Origin: a virus
DNA length: 64,000 nucleotides
IMG/VR virus record: IMGVR_UViG_3300029922_000003
Strand: one strand, 5' to 3'
Shown here: positions 1-9,107 of the stretch, piece by piece
How the letters are laid out: the number at the start of each line of letters is the position of its first letter
How positions within the stretch are numbered: the stretch's first letter is position 1
Translations under genes and position numbers: made by a program
Notes under the pieces: model-generated
What the model saw: the letters and a program-made list of their open reading frames with translations, nothing else
Told to the model about the DNA's origin: nothing
The model's database searches: none

Positions 1-230
1 TCTGGAGTTACCCACAGTGCTTCAATGATAGCGATGTTCGGCTTGTGCTGTGTAACAACCCTATCGATGGAATTCCCGTCCACGACAATCTCGATCTTTG
101 AGTCTACGCAATTGTTGCTTAGCATGTCCGACACGAATGTCGCTGAGTTTTGCAATCCACTAGAGAACCCCTTGGCTCCATAAGAACTGTCATAGTCATG
201 TCTTAGTTTTAGTATAAATAATACTTTCAT
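1..230 (-). CDS. Glycosyltransferase-like protein, N-terminal part (runs off the left edge)
   Basis: Manual translation: MKVLFILKLRHDYDSSYGAKGFSSGLQNSATFVSDMLSNNCVDSKIEIVVDGNSIDRVVTQHKPNIAIIEALWVTP. Rossmann-like beta-alpha pattern resembling the N-termini of phage GT-B glycosyltransferases (recalled, not searched). Confidence 0.5.
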   Translation of the reverse strand, partial: MKVLFILKLRHDYDSSYGAKGFSSGLQNSATFVSDMLSNNCVDSKIEIVVDGNSIDRVVTQHKPNIAIIEALWVTP

Positions 231-425
231 TTTGTTTTTACGATCTTCTTGTGTTTTTGTGTATTTACCGGTCCAATTACTTTTATTCAGTTGGCAAGGT
301 ACCAGACACTACCCTGTATCTGCGGCCTGATCAACTCAATTTGACAGAGACGTGATATCTCCATTAGCCTTTTTTCTGAACAACTTGAATGCTGTCTTAG
401 GTTCCAGTGCGTTCAGGTGGGTCAT
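227..425 (-). pseudogene. Degraded small phage gene
   Basis: One frame gives MTHLNALEPKTAFKLFRKKANGDITSL, a second gives QIELIRPQIQGSVWYLAN*IKVIGPV, with an in-frame TGA at 287-289. The second frame ends in an ATGA overlap with the next start. Confidence 0.3.
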
Positions 426-1068
426 TGATAAGTCCCATGGATTTTGCATTTTCGTAGGTCAGACTCAGATCGTGTGTGAGATAAGCCTCAGCCTCTTTCA
501 CATCTCGCTTGAGTGTCTGCCAGAACAATTCCTTGCTCTTTGTCTTGGTTCCATTCCCTAGGTGGATAGACAGCTCATTCAGACTGACGTAATCTTTTCT
601 ACGGCAGTCCCAAATAGCAGCCAAGTCAATCAATGGCGCATTCCTGGAAAGAGAACCATCAATGCCGAAGAACCATGGGAATAGGTTCTTGCCATACTTC
701 AGGGCTCTCCTACACAAGAATGGAATATCGAATGAGATACCATTGAATGTAATTATCTCAATCTCTGGAACACCGCTGACATTGCCAACACACAGATTAG
801 AGAATACCGTTATCAGGTCTTTCTCGTCCTTTGAGTGATGTAGTACTGGAGACGCCTTGCCTACTTCCCAGACACCCACTGCACACACTTTTGCTGTGAG
901 TGGATTTAGGGCTGCTTGGTCATAGAACTTAGCCTTCTTATCTTCAATATCAGCAGCAATCTTTACTGGGTCCTTGAGGTTCCCTGCTGCCTTGATCTCA
1001 GGCATTACTGCCTCTATCTCCTCTCTTGAGAGAGGTTCTGTTTCGATGTCTACGATTACTTGTATCAT
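397..1068 (-). CDS. DnaQ-like 3'-5' exonuclease (stand-alone PolB proofreading-type)
   Basis: ExoI VIVDIET, ExoII ITFNGISFDIPFL, ExoIII YLTHD; 223 aa. Confidence 0.8.
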   Translation of the reverse strand: MIQVIVDIETEPLSREEIEAVMPEIKAAGNLKDPVKIAADIEDKKAKFYDQAALNPLTAKVCAVGVWEVGKASPVLHHSKDEKDLITVFSNLCVGNVSGVPEIEIITFNGISFDIPFLCRRALKYGKNLFPWFFGIDGSLSRNAPLIDLAAIWDCRRKDYVSLNELSIHLGNGTKTKSKELFWQTLKRDVKEAEAYLTHDLSLTYENAKSMGLINDPPERTGT

Positions 1069-1070
1069 GG

Positions 1071-1211
1071 TTATTTTTTATTTTCGCTCCCTAATTTGCT
1101 CCAAAAGTCATCAAACTCCTTCCACGTCTGCTCGTTGTGGTTGTGTGGATATATATTATCGCAAATAGGGCACCGATTATCTTCTTCATTATCATCATTT
1201 TCTGTTTCCAT
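1071..1211 (-). CDS. 46-aa hypothetical protein with CxxC (METENDDNEEDNRCPICDNIYPHNH...)
   Basis: Manual translation. Start overlaps the sbcC stop (TGATG); stop lies 2 nt before the exonuclease start. Confidence 0.45.
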   Translation of the reverse strand: METENDDNEEDNRCPICDNIYPHNHNEQTWKEFDDFWSKLGSENKK

Positions 1212-2998
1212 CAGAATTCGATTGTTTGTCTAAAGTATGGGATCAGAGATCTCTCGTGAGTAACAGTCAGGATTTGTAGGTTCTGGCTATCAGAGAGTTC
1301 TGAAATACTTTCGATGATTTCTTTAAAATTTGCAATGGTGTTTCTGTCAAGCCATGTGGTTGGTTCATCTAAGACTATCAAGTCCACTCCTGTCGAGAAG
1401 ATCTCGCAAGCAGCAAACCTAAATGCCAAAGATAGTGTTACCTTTTGTCCACAAGACAGGTCTGACGCTGGAACCTTCTTGGATCCAAAGTCACACACAA
1501 AATCATTATCTTTGTCTACACTGACTCGGTATTGCGCTCCGAAGCTTTGTAGGTATTGGTTAATAGATGAACACATTTGGTTCATCTTGGAATTTACATA
1601 AAGGCCACTAATGCCATCATGCCTAAATACATCTCTAACCCTAGAAATCCTAGACTCATGAATCTTAGTCCCAGAATACTTGAGTCCCACAGTCTTGGCA
1701 GACTCTAGGTCTTTTTCGTGCTGAGCAATCTGATCAACTAATCCACCAATGGAGGAGATTATTATACTTGCCTGTTCCTCTGCATTGCTCATCTCTGTGC
1801 GAGCATCTCGTATATTCATCAGCCCACCTTCGTACGCTTCAGATGAGTGCTTTGGCCATTGATTATCTTCTAGCTCTTTTTTCAAAACCTCAATAGCTGT
1901 ATTGGCGCTATCTATGTTGGCAGTATATTGATCCCTCTTGGTCTCATACGATGACAACTCGCTAGAAGCATCTTCTAACTCTTTTGATATAGCAAAGATG
2001 GTTCTATCTATCTTGGATGATGCCTTACGAGATTCCTCAAGCCTTCTACCCATTGATTCTACAATATCTTCTGTCAACTTGTTCCCACATATAGAGCAAT
2101 CGCCACTTTTGTCGTGAGAGCAACTGGCTGCATCAAGAATCTTGATCATCTCCTTGATCCCTCCAGACTCCTTGACTGCACTAGCCAACCTTTCTTTGAT
2201 ATTTTCTATGTCTAGGTTAGTTACCTTGGGAATAGTAAGTGATTTTAAGCTATTAGACAGAGACTCTTTGTAAGCGATCTTCTCCTCTATCTTTGCTTCA
2301 ATTGACTCTTTGCGCAATGCCCTCTTCTTGTTGGAAAGAATCTTATCCTCATTTGCAGAGTCAAGAAATTCACGAAGAGACGAGATTTTATCCCTCCTTT
2401 CACCTAGCTCTGCCTCGAGATTTTTCTTCATCTTAGAGACACTCTCAATAGCAGCCCTAGCTTGGCTTTCGTCAATTATTGCAGGGTATGGGATGTTTGA
2501 CTTCCAACGTCCAATTAGCTGCTCAATCTTTGCAGCCTTCTCTAACCCAAAGAACTTCTGGAGCATCTTATTCCTCTCAGCGGCCCTGCCAAATAAGAGC
2601 CCCAAAATATCCTGCTGAGTAACAAATACCATATTGGGAAGGAATGACTTGTCGCACCCCAGTAGTTCCAACATCTTATCCGTAACAGCGTCTGATCCGT
2701 TGATAGTGTCCGATCCATACTCCAACGATGCTTCGTTGTTGTGTAGATTCCTGTTAATTACAAATGGCACATCTTTGATAATACCACTTACCTCTATTGA
2801 GCCAGTTTTCTCTCCATAAGTAATCAGGTCCTTCTTCTTTTTTCCAAACTCCCCAGTTACAGCAATAGATATGGAAGAGGCAAAATTACTTTTGCCTGAT
2901 CCATTCTGACCAATAATGCCAACGACGTTATCATGGATATCGATATTGACATCTCTATGCTGAGTGACGTTTTTTAGTTCTACTCTAGTTATTTTCAT
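1211..2998 (-). CDS. sbcC: SbcC/Rad50 (T4 gp46-like) SMC-family ATPase
   Basis: Walker A GQNGSGKS, Q-loop FVTQQD, coiled coil with central zinc hook CSIC, signature LSCGQK, Walker B/D-loop IVLDEPTTWLD, H-loop VTHE. Confidence 0.92.
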   Translation of the reverse strand: MKITRVELKNVTQHRDVNIDIHDNVVGIIGQNGSGKSNFASSISIAVTGEFGKKKKDLITYGEKTGSIEVSGIIKDVPFVINRNLHNNEASLEYGSDTINGSDAVTDKMLELLGCDKSFLPNMVFVTQQDILGLLFGRAAERNKMLQKFFGLEKAAKIEQLIGRWKSNIPYPAIIDESQARAAIESVSKMKKNLEAELGERRDKISSLREFLDSANEDKILSNKKRALRKESIEAKIEEKIAYKESLSNSLKSLTIPKVTNLDIENIKERLASAVKESGGIKEMIKILDAASCSHDKSGDCSICGNKLTEDIVESMGRRLEESRKASSKIDRTIFAISKELEDASSELSSYETKRDQYTANIDSANTAIEVLKKELEDNQWPKHSSEAYEGGLMNIRDARTEMSNAEEQASIIISSIGGLVDQIAQHEKDLESAKTVGLKYSGTKIHESRISRVRDVFRHDGISGLYVNSKMNQMCSSINQYLQSFGAQYRVSVDKDNDFVCDFGSKKVPASDLSCGQKVTLSLAFRFAACEIFSTGVDLIVLDEPTTWLDRNTIANFKEIIESISELSDSQNLQILTVTHERSLIPYFRQTIEF

Positions 2999-3269
2999 CG
3001 CTGTTGTCGTATAGACAAAACATCCTAGCCCTCTCTTCTATGAGTCTCTCTAATCTTTCTGGAGATACTTCTAGGAATGGCGTGTTATAACCAAATCTAC
3101 GTCTCCACACAGTTATGTGTTTGCCTGTTGTAGGGCTGTACTTAGTTGAGGAGCGGTAGATAGTGTCACCACTCTTTAGCGCCACTGGAGTCTCATATGA
3201 GAATAACACCATTACTCCATTTAGAAGATCTAGTGCGTGACTATTTGCTGTGTAGTGTCTGAGCTTCAT
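2985..3269 (-). CDS. Small hypothetical phage protein (LFSYETPVA...SPTTGKHI)
   Basis: 94-aa ORF overlapping both the sbcD stop and the sbcC start. Confidence 0.65.
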   Translation of the reverse strand: MKLRHYTANSHALDLLNGVMVLFSYETPVALKSGDTIYRSSTKYSPTTGKHITVWRRRFGYNTPFLEVSPERLERLIEERARMFCLYDNSDENN

Positions 3270-4362
3270 GAATCGTTTCGGTTAAGTCCTTTTCAAGGAT
3301 TGCAGCTATATTATCTGTAGAGGGGTTGTTCCATATCTCACTAACGAGATCTACATCCCTCTGTTCCAGGCTATTCTCTTTTTCTACAAGAGATATGAAG
3401 TCTGTATCTTCCGTAACCTCACTGTCGCTCTCTAGGGAGTCTGCCACCTTTGGAGGCTTATCTCTATGTAGGTGAATGATAGCTCCTGGGAAGTGTTTGT
3501 TGACTTCAGAAACTAGCCCCCTAGCTTCATCCTCTTGAGCGGGAGTATATCTGACAATGTAAAAAGCAAATGGATCTTTAGCAACAATACCTAGTACGCT
3601 ACTTGATTCAAATAGGTTTATTACATAGGAGGCTTGATCTGGAGAATATGGAATGGATTTGATCTTTGAAACCTTCTTTTTTGTTTCGTCGAACTGGATC
3701 TCCAAGAACTTGAAGTCGTTGCATTCCTCACCCAACTTCAAGAAGAAGTTTGTACCAGGATATGCGGCAGTACACCCATTAGATAGCTTCATGATCTTGT
3801 GAATGTGAAGATCGCCTAATGCCAAGTATTTGCACTTCTTTGAAAGCTCTGCGAGATCTTCTTCGTCTAGCTGCGGCCTAGCAATTGATGGTAAGAATCC
3901 AGCGGCTGACTGATGCATCATAATAATGTCCATTCCATCCGGTATATTATTAATTACATCTTTAATTTGTTTTTTGTGTATATAACTAAGATTTAGTATT
4001 TTAATCCCCAATATGGTGTCGTGCAGATCACCAGATTTCTCCTTGTGAATATCACGCTCCTCAAGTAGTCCAGTCTCTACCCACTGATACTCAGATCCGA
4101 CAACCATATCGTGATTCCCCACATTAACTATCAGTTCTGCTCCAAACCCCTTTAGGTCTCGGCAGAAGTATATCCACTGGATCACATCTAGTGGGCTAGG
4201 CTCTGGAGAGTCAAACACATCTCCAGTTATCATCACGATGTCGTAATCCTTAAGCTCATCTGCGAGCTTGTGTAAATTCTTGCCGTGGTGTTTTTGTCTA
4301 CCGACATTACCCCACTGGTGACTACCGATATGTAAATCTGAAATGTGTGCTATTTTAATCAT
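3241..4362 (-). CDS. sbcD: SbcD/Mre11 (T4 gp47-like) metallophosphoesterase nuclease
   Basis: Motifs HISDLHIG, ITGDVFD, VGNHD, MMHQ, ALGDLH, YPG; next to the Rad50 homologue. Confidence 0.9.
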   Translation of the reverse strand: MIKIAHISDLHIGSHQWGNVGRQKHHGKNLHKLADELKDYDIVMITGDVFDSPEPSPLDVIQWIYFCRDLKGFGAELIVNVGNHDMVVGSEYQWVETGLLEERDIHKEKSGDLHDTILGIKILNLSYIHKKQIKDVINNIPDGMDIIMMHQSAAGFLPSIARPQLDEEDLAELSKKCKYLALGDLHIHKIMKLSNGCTAAYPGTNFFLKLGEECNDFKFLEIQFDETKKKVSKIKSIPYSPDQASYVINLFESSSVLGIVAKDPFAFYIVRYTPAQEDEARGLVSEVNKHFPGAIIHLHRDKPPKVADSLESDSEVTEDTDFISLVEKENSLEQRDVDLVSEIWNNPSTDNIAAILEKDLTETIHEAQTLHSK

Positions 4363-4365
4363 GAC

Positions 4366-4398
4366 GCAAAAAGCGGGGCACCCCTATGGATGCCCCGC
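4366..4398 (-). terminator. Intrinsic terminator
   Basis: Stem GCGGGGCA/TGCCCCGC (4373-4380 and 4391-4398), followed on the minus strand by TTTTTG. Confidence 0.6.
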
Positions 4399-4412
4399 CC
4401 TCAGCTTTGGAT

Positions 4413-4688
4413 TTAGCGAGATGCTTTGGCCGCTTTCTTCTTAGGAGAAGAAGAAACCGTCTTGGATGCACGCTTGCCCATACCAGCCAGCATGACCTGG
4501 AAAGCCTGGTACTGCTTCTGGCGCTTCATCGTGACAGAGCGCTTCACTCCACGAATCTTGTCGGGATTGAGTAGGCGACTGCAGATATACGCAATATCTG
4601 CGTTTTGAGTGATCTTGTTAGACTCAAGGAGGCTAACGATATCACAGAGGACTTCTTGTTCGGACCGTGGTTCTGGTGTTTTTTCCAT
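4413..4688 (-). CDS. Hypothetical protein with a basic C-terminal tail
   Basis: 91-aa ORF in operon orientation. Confidence 0.6.
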   Translation of the reverse strand: MEKTPEPRSEQEVLCDIVSLLESNKITQNADIAYICSRLLNPDKIRGVKRSVTMKRQKQYQAFQVMLAGMGKRASKTVSSSPKKKAAKASR

Positions 4689-4703
4689 TTTGTTTGTTTG
4701 TGT

Positions 4704-4976
4704 TTATGGGTGTATGTCTTGTCCATCAAACAGGAGGGCATCTACAATAGATACTTCCTGGGCTAGGACTTCGTTTCTGCTCTTACCTTTGGCAATTACT
4801 TGCCCCGTCTTAATCAAGGTCGCAACCCACTCTTGGGATTCGTTATCGAATTCAACATCTGTCACACGACAGTTGTTGACGCGGCCTTGATCAAAAATAC
4901 TCAATTCGTCATGATAGACTGACTTAACAGTTCCATCAGTGGCGAATATCATTGATATCTCTTTATCTTGAGACAT
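4704..4976 (-). CDS. Hypothetical protein of the AAA+ module (start reassigned to MSQDKE)
   Basis: The upstream extension in the ORF track overlaps the DUF2997-like gene; an ATG at 4976 gives 90 aa (IFATDGTVKSVY...DVEFD...QEWVA). Confidence 0.6.
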   Translation of the reverse strand: MSQDKEISMIFATDGTVKSVYHDELSIFDQGRVNNCRVTDVEFDNESQEWVATLIKTGQVIAKGKSRNEVLAQEVSIVDALLFDGQDIHP

Positions 4977-5160
4977 TTGATTTAGTGGAGACTTTTGTCC
5001 CCATGTGCAGCTCGGGTTTATCCTTACTGCTAATTTCTTCCTTGTAGATAGCTTCGTGTGCCTTGGTGGCAGCTTTGCAGCCATCTCCAGTAAACCCAAA
5101 TGCTTCAATACTAGCTACCCCCTCTGGGGTTATTTCGATTTCGATAGTTTCTACACTCAT
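4963..5160 (-). CDS. DUF2997-like small protein
   Basis: IEIEITPEGVASIEAFGFTGDGCKAAT pattern; position next to the DUF1257-like gene and AAA+ ATPase. Confidence 0.7.
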   Translation of the reverse strand: MSVETIEIEITPEGVASIEAFGFTGDGCKAATKAHEAIYKEEISSKDKPELHMGTKVSTKSNVSR

Positions 5161-5546
5161 CGGCGTTCAATTGTCAGCTTGATGTTACCATTCTTGGGGT
5201 TTGTCCTTTCGATAACTTCATACCCCTGATTCCTGGCGATTTTGCGGTGTTGCTCAATCTGGAATGCTTGACTAAGTAGAGAGCAGTCTTTGCCAACGAT
5301 GGCGCGAAGCCTTGAGTCATACAGATCTGCCTCGATCTCATACACTCCATTTTCGTTTTTGATTACTGCTATCTCGTATGTGCTATCTGAGAACTTAATC
5401 ACAGCATCGCACCCCTTTTGTTGCCCTGCATAGAACTTAGCTTGCTTGGCTTCTGTATCCAAAACTCCACCAAGCCGTTTGCAGGCTTTTTGAAGTGTAT
5501 CTAGGTCCCTGATTTCAGGCAGGGCCATTGCTCTCATATGTGACAT
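5157..5546 (-). CDS. DUF1257/Ycf35-like protein
   Basis: MSH...IRDLDTLQKAC..LG N-terminus, YEIEADLY, C-terminal A..QGYEV...GNIKLTI. Confidence 0.75.
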   Translation of the reverse strand: MSHMRAMALPEIRDLDTLQKACKRLGGVLDTEAKQAKFYAGQQKGCDAVIKFSDSTYEIAVIKNENGVYEIEADLYDSRLRAIVGKDCSLLSQAFQIEQHRKIARNQGYEVIERTNPKNGNIKLTIERR

Positions 5547-5553
5547 ATTTTTG

Positions 5554-7290
5554 TTATAACTCCTCTTCGTTAATTTTGATGGGTTCCATTGGATCAGGCT
5601 TTCCTGTCTTACTCAAGAAAGATTTTTTGGGTGGCGTCAAATCATCGTCTGCATTTGCCATCATAACCCCCCTTGATTTAGCCCACTTGAACAATCCAGA
5701 AGCCTCATCTGGGTTTAGCTCTGCCATGATCTTTACATCGCCAATTGCATCAAGGAAATAATCTGTTTTGATGGGGTTGGATTTTCCAAACCCAATCGCC
5801 TTTCCTTTTCTAATTAGCCCCTCGTTTACAATTTGCTCAATCTCTGATCCAGTTCGGTGTGGAGTCTTCATGGCTAGTAAGCCAAGATCAATTCCATACT
5901 CCTCTGGATTCCACCCTCTTTTGTTTAGGTGGATGTTGAAGATGTCCACTCTCTGCTTTAGGCCTGGTAGACCTACGTAGAATATTTCATCTACCCTACC
6001 TTTTCTAAGTGCGGGAGCTGGGACATCTTGTACGCTATTAGTTGTGCAAACAACAAATACATCTGCTTTCCTAGATTGATTCCAAGTAAGCCATGTGCCA
6101 TACATTCTCTGAAATGTACCCCCATCGCTAACTACTCCACTAGCGCCTGCCATCAGCTTCTCAGCCTCGTCAATAAAGAGAATACATGGTGCTTGTGCTT
6201 CAGCATCACCTAGGGCACGCAACAATTTTCCCTCGGATTCCCCAAGCAAGCTACCCATACAAGCAGCCACATCTAACCTAAGGATAGTTCTATCCCATTC
6301 TTTAGCTAGCGCTTGTGCTACATGAGTCTTACCAACTCCAGATGGGCCTACAACCCATATGCCCCTTGGAAGATCAATTCCGTCATCCCTGGCCCCCTGA
6401 CTAAATATCAACTCCCTATCCTTTGCCCACGCCTTCAGATTCTCCATGCCACCAACAGAGCTTAGCCCCTGATTAACTTCTATGATCTTCAGAACTCCTG
6501 ACTTCTGGATGAGCCTAGCCTTCTCTCTTCGGAGTACTTCCCCCTTAAAGGTTCTAGGCGGCTTATCTCCAGTGCCATAGGTTATGTCGATTGCATTCTC
6601 TCTGTTTGCCAAAGACAGGACATTCTCTGCCTGCCACTTAGTCAGTCCAGTGAGCTGTTGAGCAATCACCCCCTGCTCTTCATCTGTAAGAGTAATCTTT
6701 GGGATAGACTCTGAGATCAAAGCACCCTGGCTGCTCCTGACGATGGATTTCATCATCTTCACATCTGGGAGCTTGTGCTCAACATAAGTGACGATGTTTT
6801 CTAATTCGATAGGAATATCTGTGTGGTGATTCACAAACACCAAACTCTTTTGTTGCTTAATCAACTCCTGAGCAGCTGACTTAATTGCGCGAGTCAGCCT
6901 TGCGTTGGTGTGCTTGACGTTGTTTGAATCCACCATATGGAAAGCGGCGTCAAGAAGTACCATGATAGATTTAGATGGAAACCCATTGTCATTTAAATCC
7001 CACGTACATTGTTTATCTACAACAAAGTCCTCAAACTTGAATCTCGAGGGCTTGATAAATTCACTGATAGCCTCGGTAGGGCCACCAACCTCCATTACCT
7101 GAGGCTTACCCCCACGTTTCTGAAAGTCATAAATGGTGTTGCTAGCATCGTAAATGTACACCCTATTGGTTGTACCCTTGTCTAGCAGGAAGTTGGCCTC
7201 TTGTTGCAAGAGCCTATCTTCCTCAATGCTATACACCCAAACTATCGGTATTCTGGAAAGAACATAATCTCTTAGAATTGAGGATGACAT
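5554..7290 (-). CDS. Ycf46-like AAA+ ATPase
   Basis: VGGMENLKAW, Walker A GPSGVGKT, Walker B ILFIDEAEK, arginine finger LRKGRVDEIFYVGLP, degenerate N-terminal AAA domain; 578 aa. Confidence 0.9.
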   Translation of the reverse strand: MSSSILRDYVLSRIPIVWVYSIEEDRLLQQEANFLLDKGTTNRVYIYDASNTIYDFQKRGGKPQVMEVGGPTEAISEFIKPSRFKFEDFVVDKQCTWDLNDNGFPSKSIMVLLDAAFHMVDSNNVKHTNARLTRAIKSAAQELIKQQKSLVFVNHHTDIPIELENIVTYVEHKLPDVKMMKSIVRSSQGALISESIPKITLTDEEQGVIAQQLTGLTKWQAENVLSLANRENAIDITYGTGDKPPRTFKGEVLRREKARLIQKSGVLKIIEVNQGLSSVGGMENLKAWAKDRELIFSQGARDDGIDLPRGIWVVGPSGVGKTHVAQALAKEWDRTILRLDVAACMGSLLGESEGKLLRALGDAEAQAPCILFIDEAEKLMAGASGVVSDGGTFQRMYGTWLTWNQSRKADVFVVCTTNSVQDVPAPALRKGRVDEIFYVGLPGLKQRVDIFNIHLNKRGWNPEEYGIDLGLLAMKTPHRTGSEIEQIVNEGLIRKGKAIGFGKSNPIKTDYFLDAIGDVKIMAELNPDEASGLFKWAKSRGVMMANADDDLTPPKKSFLSKTGKPDPMEPIKINEEEL

Positions 7291-7293
7291 TTG

Positions 7294-7683
7294 TTATTTG
7301 GGTGGATCGAGATATCCTTCATCAAAGGATCTTGCTACTTTATTTTTGAAAAACCCTAGCACTTTGGCAAACTCTACAGCAGCCAACATTGTTGACTTGA
7401 TGTTGCTTAGTTTGATTCCAAACTTATCCTGCTCAGAGGCTGTTTGTGGAGCGATCTGATAGAATGGGAATGTACCACTGTATTTATCATCTACCACCAC
7501 AGTGAGGGCAGCAAATGATATCTTGCCTGTCATAAGCTCCCTGGCAATCATTGGAGAGATGCTCGCTGCTAGCCTCGAGGCTATCATTGCCTGCACTCCT
7601 GCAACCTCCTGGTCGCTTATAACCCCTGGGGCTGGTGGCTGTTGTGCTACGTTTTCTTGATTATCAACTGGTGTATCGGACAT
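7294..7683 (-). CDS. Hypothetical protein
   Basis: 129-aa ORF, tightly packed in the operon. Confidence 0.65.
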   Translation of the reverse strand: MSDTPVDNQENVAQQPPAPGVISDQEVAGVQAMIASRLAASISPMIARELMTGKISFAALTVVVDDKYSGTFPFYQIAPQTASEQDKFGIKLSNIKSTMLAAVEFAKVLGFFKNKVARSFDEGYLDPPK

Positions 7684-8110
7684 ATGAGTCTTGGAAGTTT
7701 TTTGAACAAAGGTGTAGGAATGAGAACTTTAGCTCTTCTGAGTCTTTTTTTAGTTCCTCTTCGCTGAGATCCCCTAGGAACTTCAGCGCCAATTCCTGCA
7801 TCCGTGAATCAAAAGAATCTGGTAATATTTGTTTTTTGTCGATCAACTTACTGACCCCTGTAGACTGCTCCAGGGAAGAGAACACTTGGACGAGTAAATC
7901 CTTGTGCCTCTCCTCTGGAACACCTACATCACCCTCAATTATTTTTGCCGCATCCGTTAGGATGTAGTTCCCAGACATTGGGCACGAAATGGTTACATGC
8001 TCCATCTGCATAGACACAGGAGAATACAAGATTGTCTTGAATTCAACAGTCGCCCCCAACTGGGAGATATCGGAAACGAACTGGCAGTCTATTAGATCTT
8101 TAATGTCCAC
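7664..8110 (-). CDS. Hypothetical protein
   Basis: 148-aa ORF overlapping both neighbours. Confidence 0.65.
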   Translation of the reverse strand: MDIKDLIDCQFVSDISQLGATVEFKTILYSPVSMQMEHVTISCPMSGNYILTDAAKIIEGDVGVPEERHKDLLVQVFSSLEQSTGVSKLIDKKQILPDSFDSRMQELALKFLGDLSEEELKKDSEELKFSFLHLCSKNFQDSYVRYTS

Positions 8111-8435
8111 TGCTGTCTTCCTTTTTTAGTTTTTCGAGTTGTGTGCCATAGATGACTAGAGTCAGCAATATACACAGAACTGCAGTGATTGGAACAGAAA
8201 TATCCAGTAGCAAAGAGAAAGCGGAAAATGCGGAGGCAACCAGAAAAGCAGCCCAGAATGAAAGGCAATACCGGCAGTTCATCAAGTACTCCAATGGAGT
8301 ACCTGAGTAACGTGCTTCGATATAACCTCTCATTCGGGCTGTGATTTCTGCTTCCTGCACAACATATAATATAGCACTTACTCCTTTGTCACCAAAGATA
8401 ATAAGAGCAATGAATAATGTTAGTACGGGAAACAT
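8100..8435 (-). CDS. Membrane protein with a CxYCxSFW motif (DUF1360-like, uncertain)
   Basis: Three hydrophobic segments; MNCRYCLSFWAA. Confidence 0.6.
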   Translation of the reverse strand: MFPVLTLFIALIIFGDKGVSAILYVVQEAEITARMRGYIEARYSGTPLEYLMNCRYCLSFWAAFLVASAFSAFSLLLDISVPITAVLCILLTLVIYGTQLEKLKKEDSSGH

Positions 8436-8439
8436 GGTT

Positions 8440-8697
8440 TTATTTTATGTTCCAGGCTAGAGACACCAGTCCAAGAACTCCAAGGAAAATCCCCAGAGCT
8501 GACCAAAACTTTACGTCTTCTGCCCCTACAATAAACTTATCTGCAATGTACCGAGAGATACTCCAACCAGCTGTCAACCATACGGCAAACAGGAATGGGC
8601 AAAGAATCTTACCGAACAAAAGCTTGCAAGTTATGATGTAGAAGAAAATGTATCCTCCCACAAACCCGACATCCACTCTCTCTTTGTAGTGTGACAT
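8440..8697 (-). CDS. Small multi-pass membrane protein
   Basis: 85 aa with three hydrophobic stretches. Confidence 0.55.
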   Translation of the reverse strand: MSHYKERVDVGFVGGYIFFYIITCKLLFGKILCPFLFAVWLTAGWSISRYIADKFIVGAEDVKFWSALGIFLGVLGLVSLAWNIK

Positions 8698-8698
8698 T

Positions 8699-8827
8699 TT
8701 AGTTAAGCAATATGGGTTGTGGTCGAGGCTGGCTCTTCGTGAAAGATGTCTTTTCCTTCTTGCGAAGAATGCACACCACTACAAAGGAAATAGCCGACCC
8801 TGTTAATAAGAAGGTCCACTCAGCCAT
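8699..8827 (-). CDS. 42-aa single-pass membrane protein
   Basis: Manual translation MAEWTFLLTGSAISFVVVCILRKKEK...; TGATG coupling to the upstream ORF. Confidence 0.45.
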   Translation of the reverse strand: MAEWTFLLTGSAISFVVVCILRKKEKTSFTKSQPRPQPILLN

Positions 8828-8997
8828 CAGGAAGCCTTAGCTTTCGATGGGAATGTAATAGTAGAGGCGGAACCCACCTCTGTGTCTGCGCTTACTTCAC
8901 TTAGTTCTTCTGCAAGCTCAACAAGTTGTTTCTTGCACAGTGCTGCCGTCAGCACTAGGACCGTCACTGATAGAATCAGATTCGTTAGACCGTTCAT
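8827..8997 (-). CDS. 56-aa protein with an N-terminal hydrophobic helix
   Basis: MNGLTNLILSVTVLVLTAALCKK; start reassigned within track ORF 8827..9036. Confidence 0.45.
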   Translation of the reverse strand: MNGLTNLILSVTVLVLTAALCKKQLVELAEELSEVSADTEVGSASTITFPSKAKAS

Positions 8998-9107
8998 GTG
9001 TTTGTGTGATTTGTTTGATTGTGGGCAACTTATCAAAGATCAAGGATTTAGATGGCTGAAACTTCGCAAACGAAGGTTCACCGCCCTTGGATAAAAACAA
9101 ATTTGGA

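Noticed and set aside
287-289. In-frame TGA as evidence for stop-codon recoding
   Set aside because: TGA, TAG and TAA all end well-defined genes elsewhere (for example sbcC TGA and many ATGA overlaps), and long genes are uninterrupted in the standard code.
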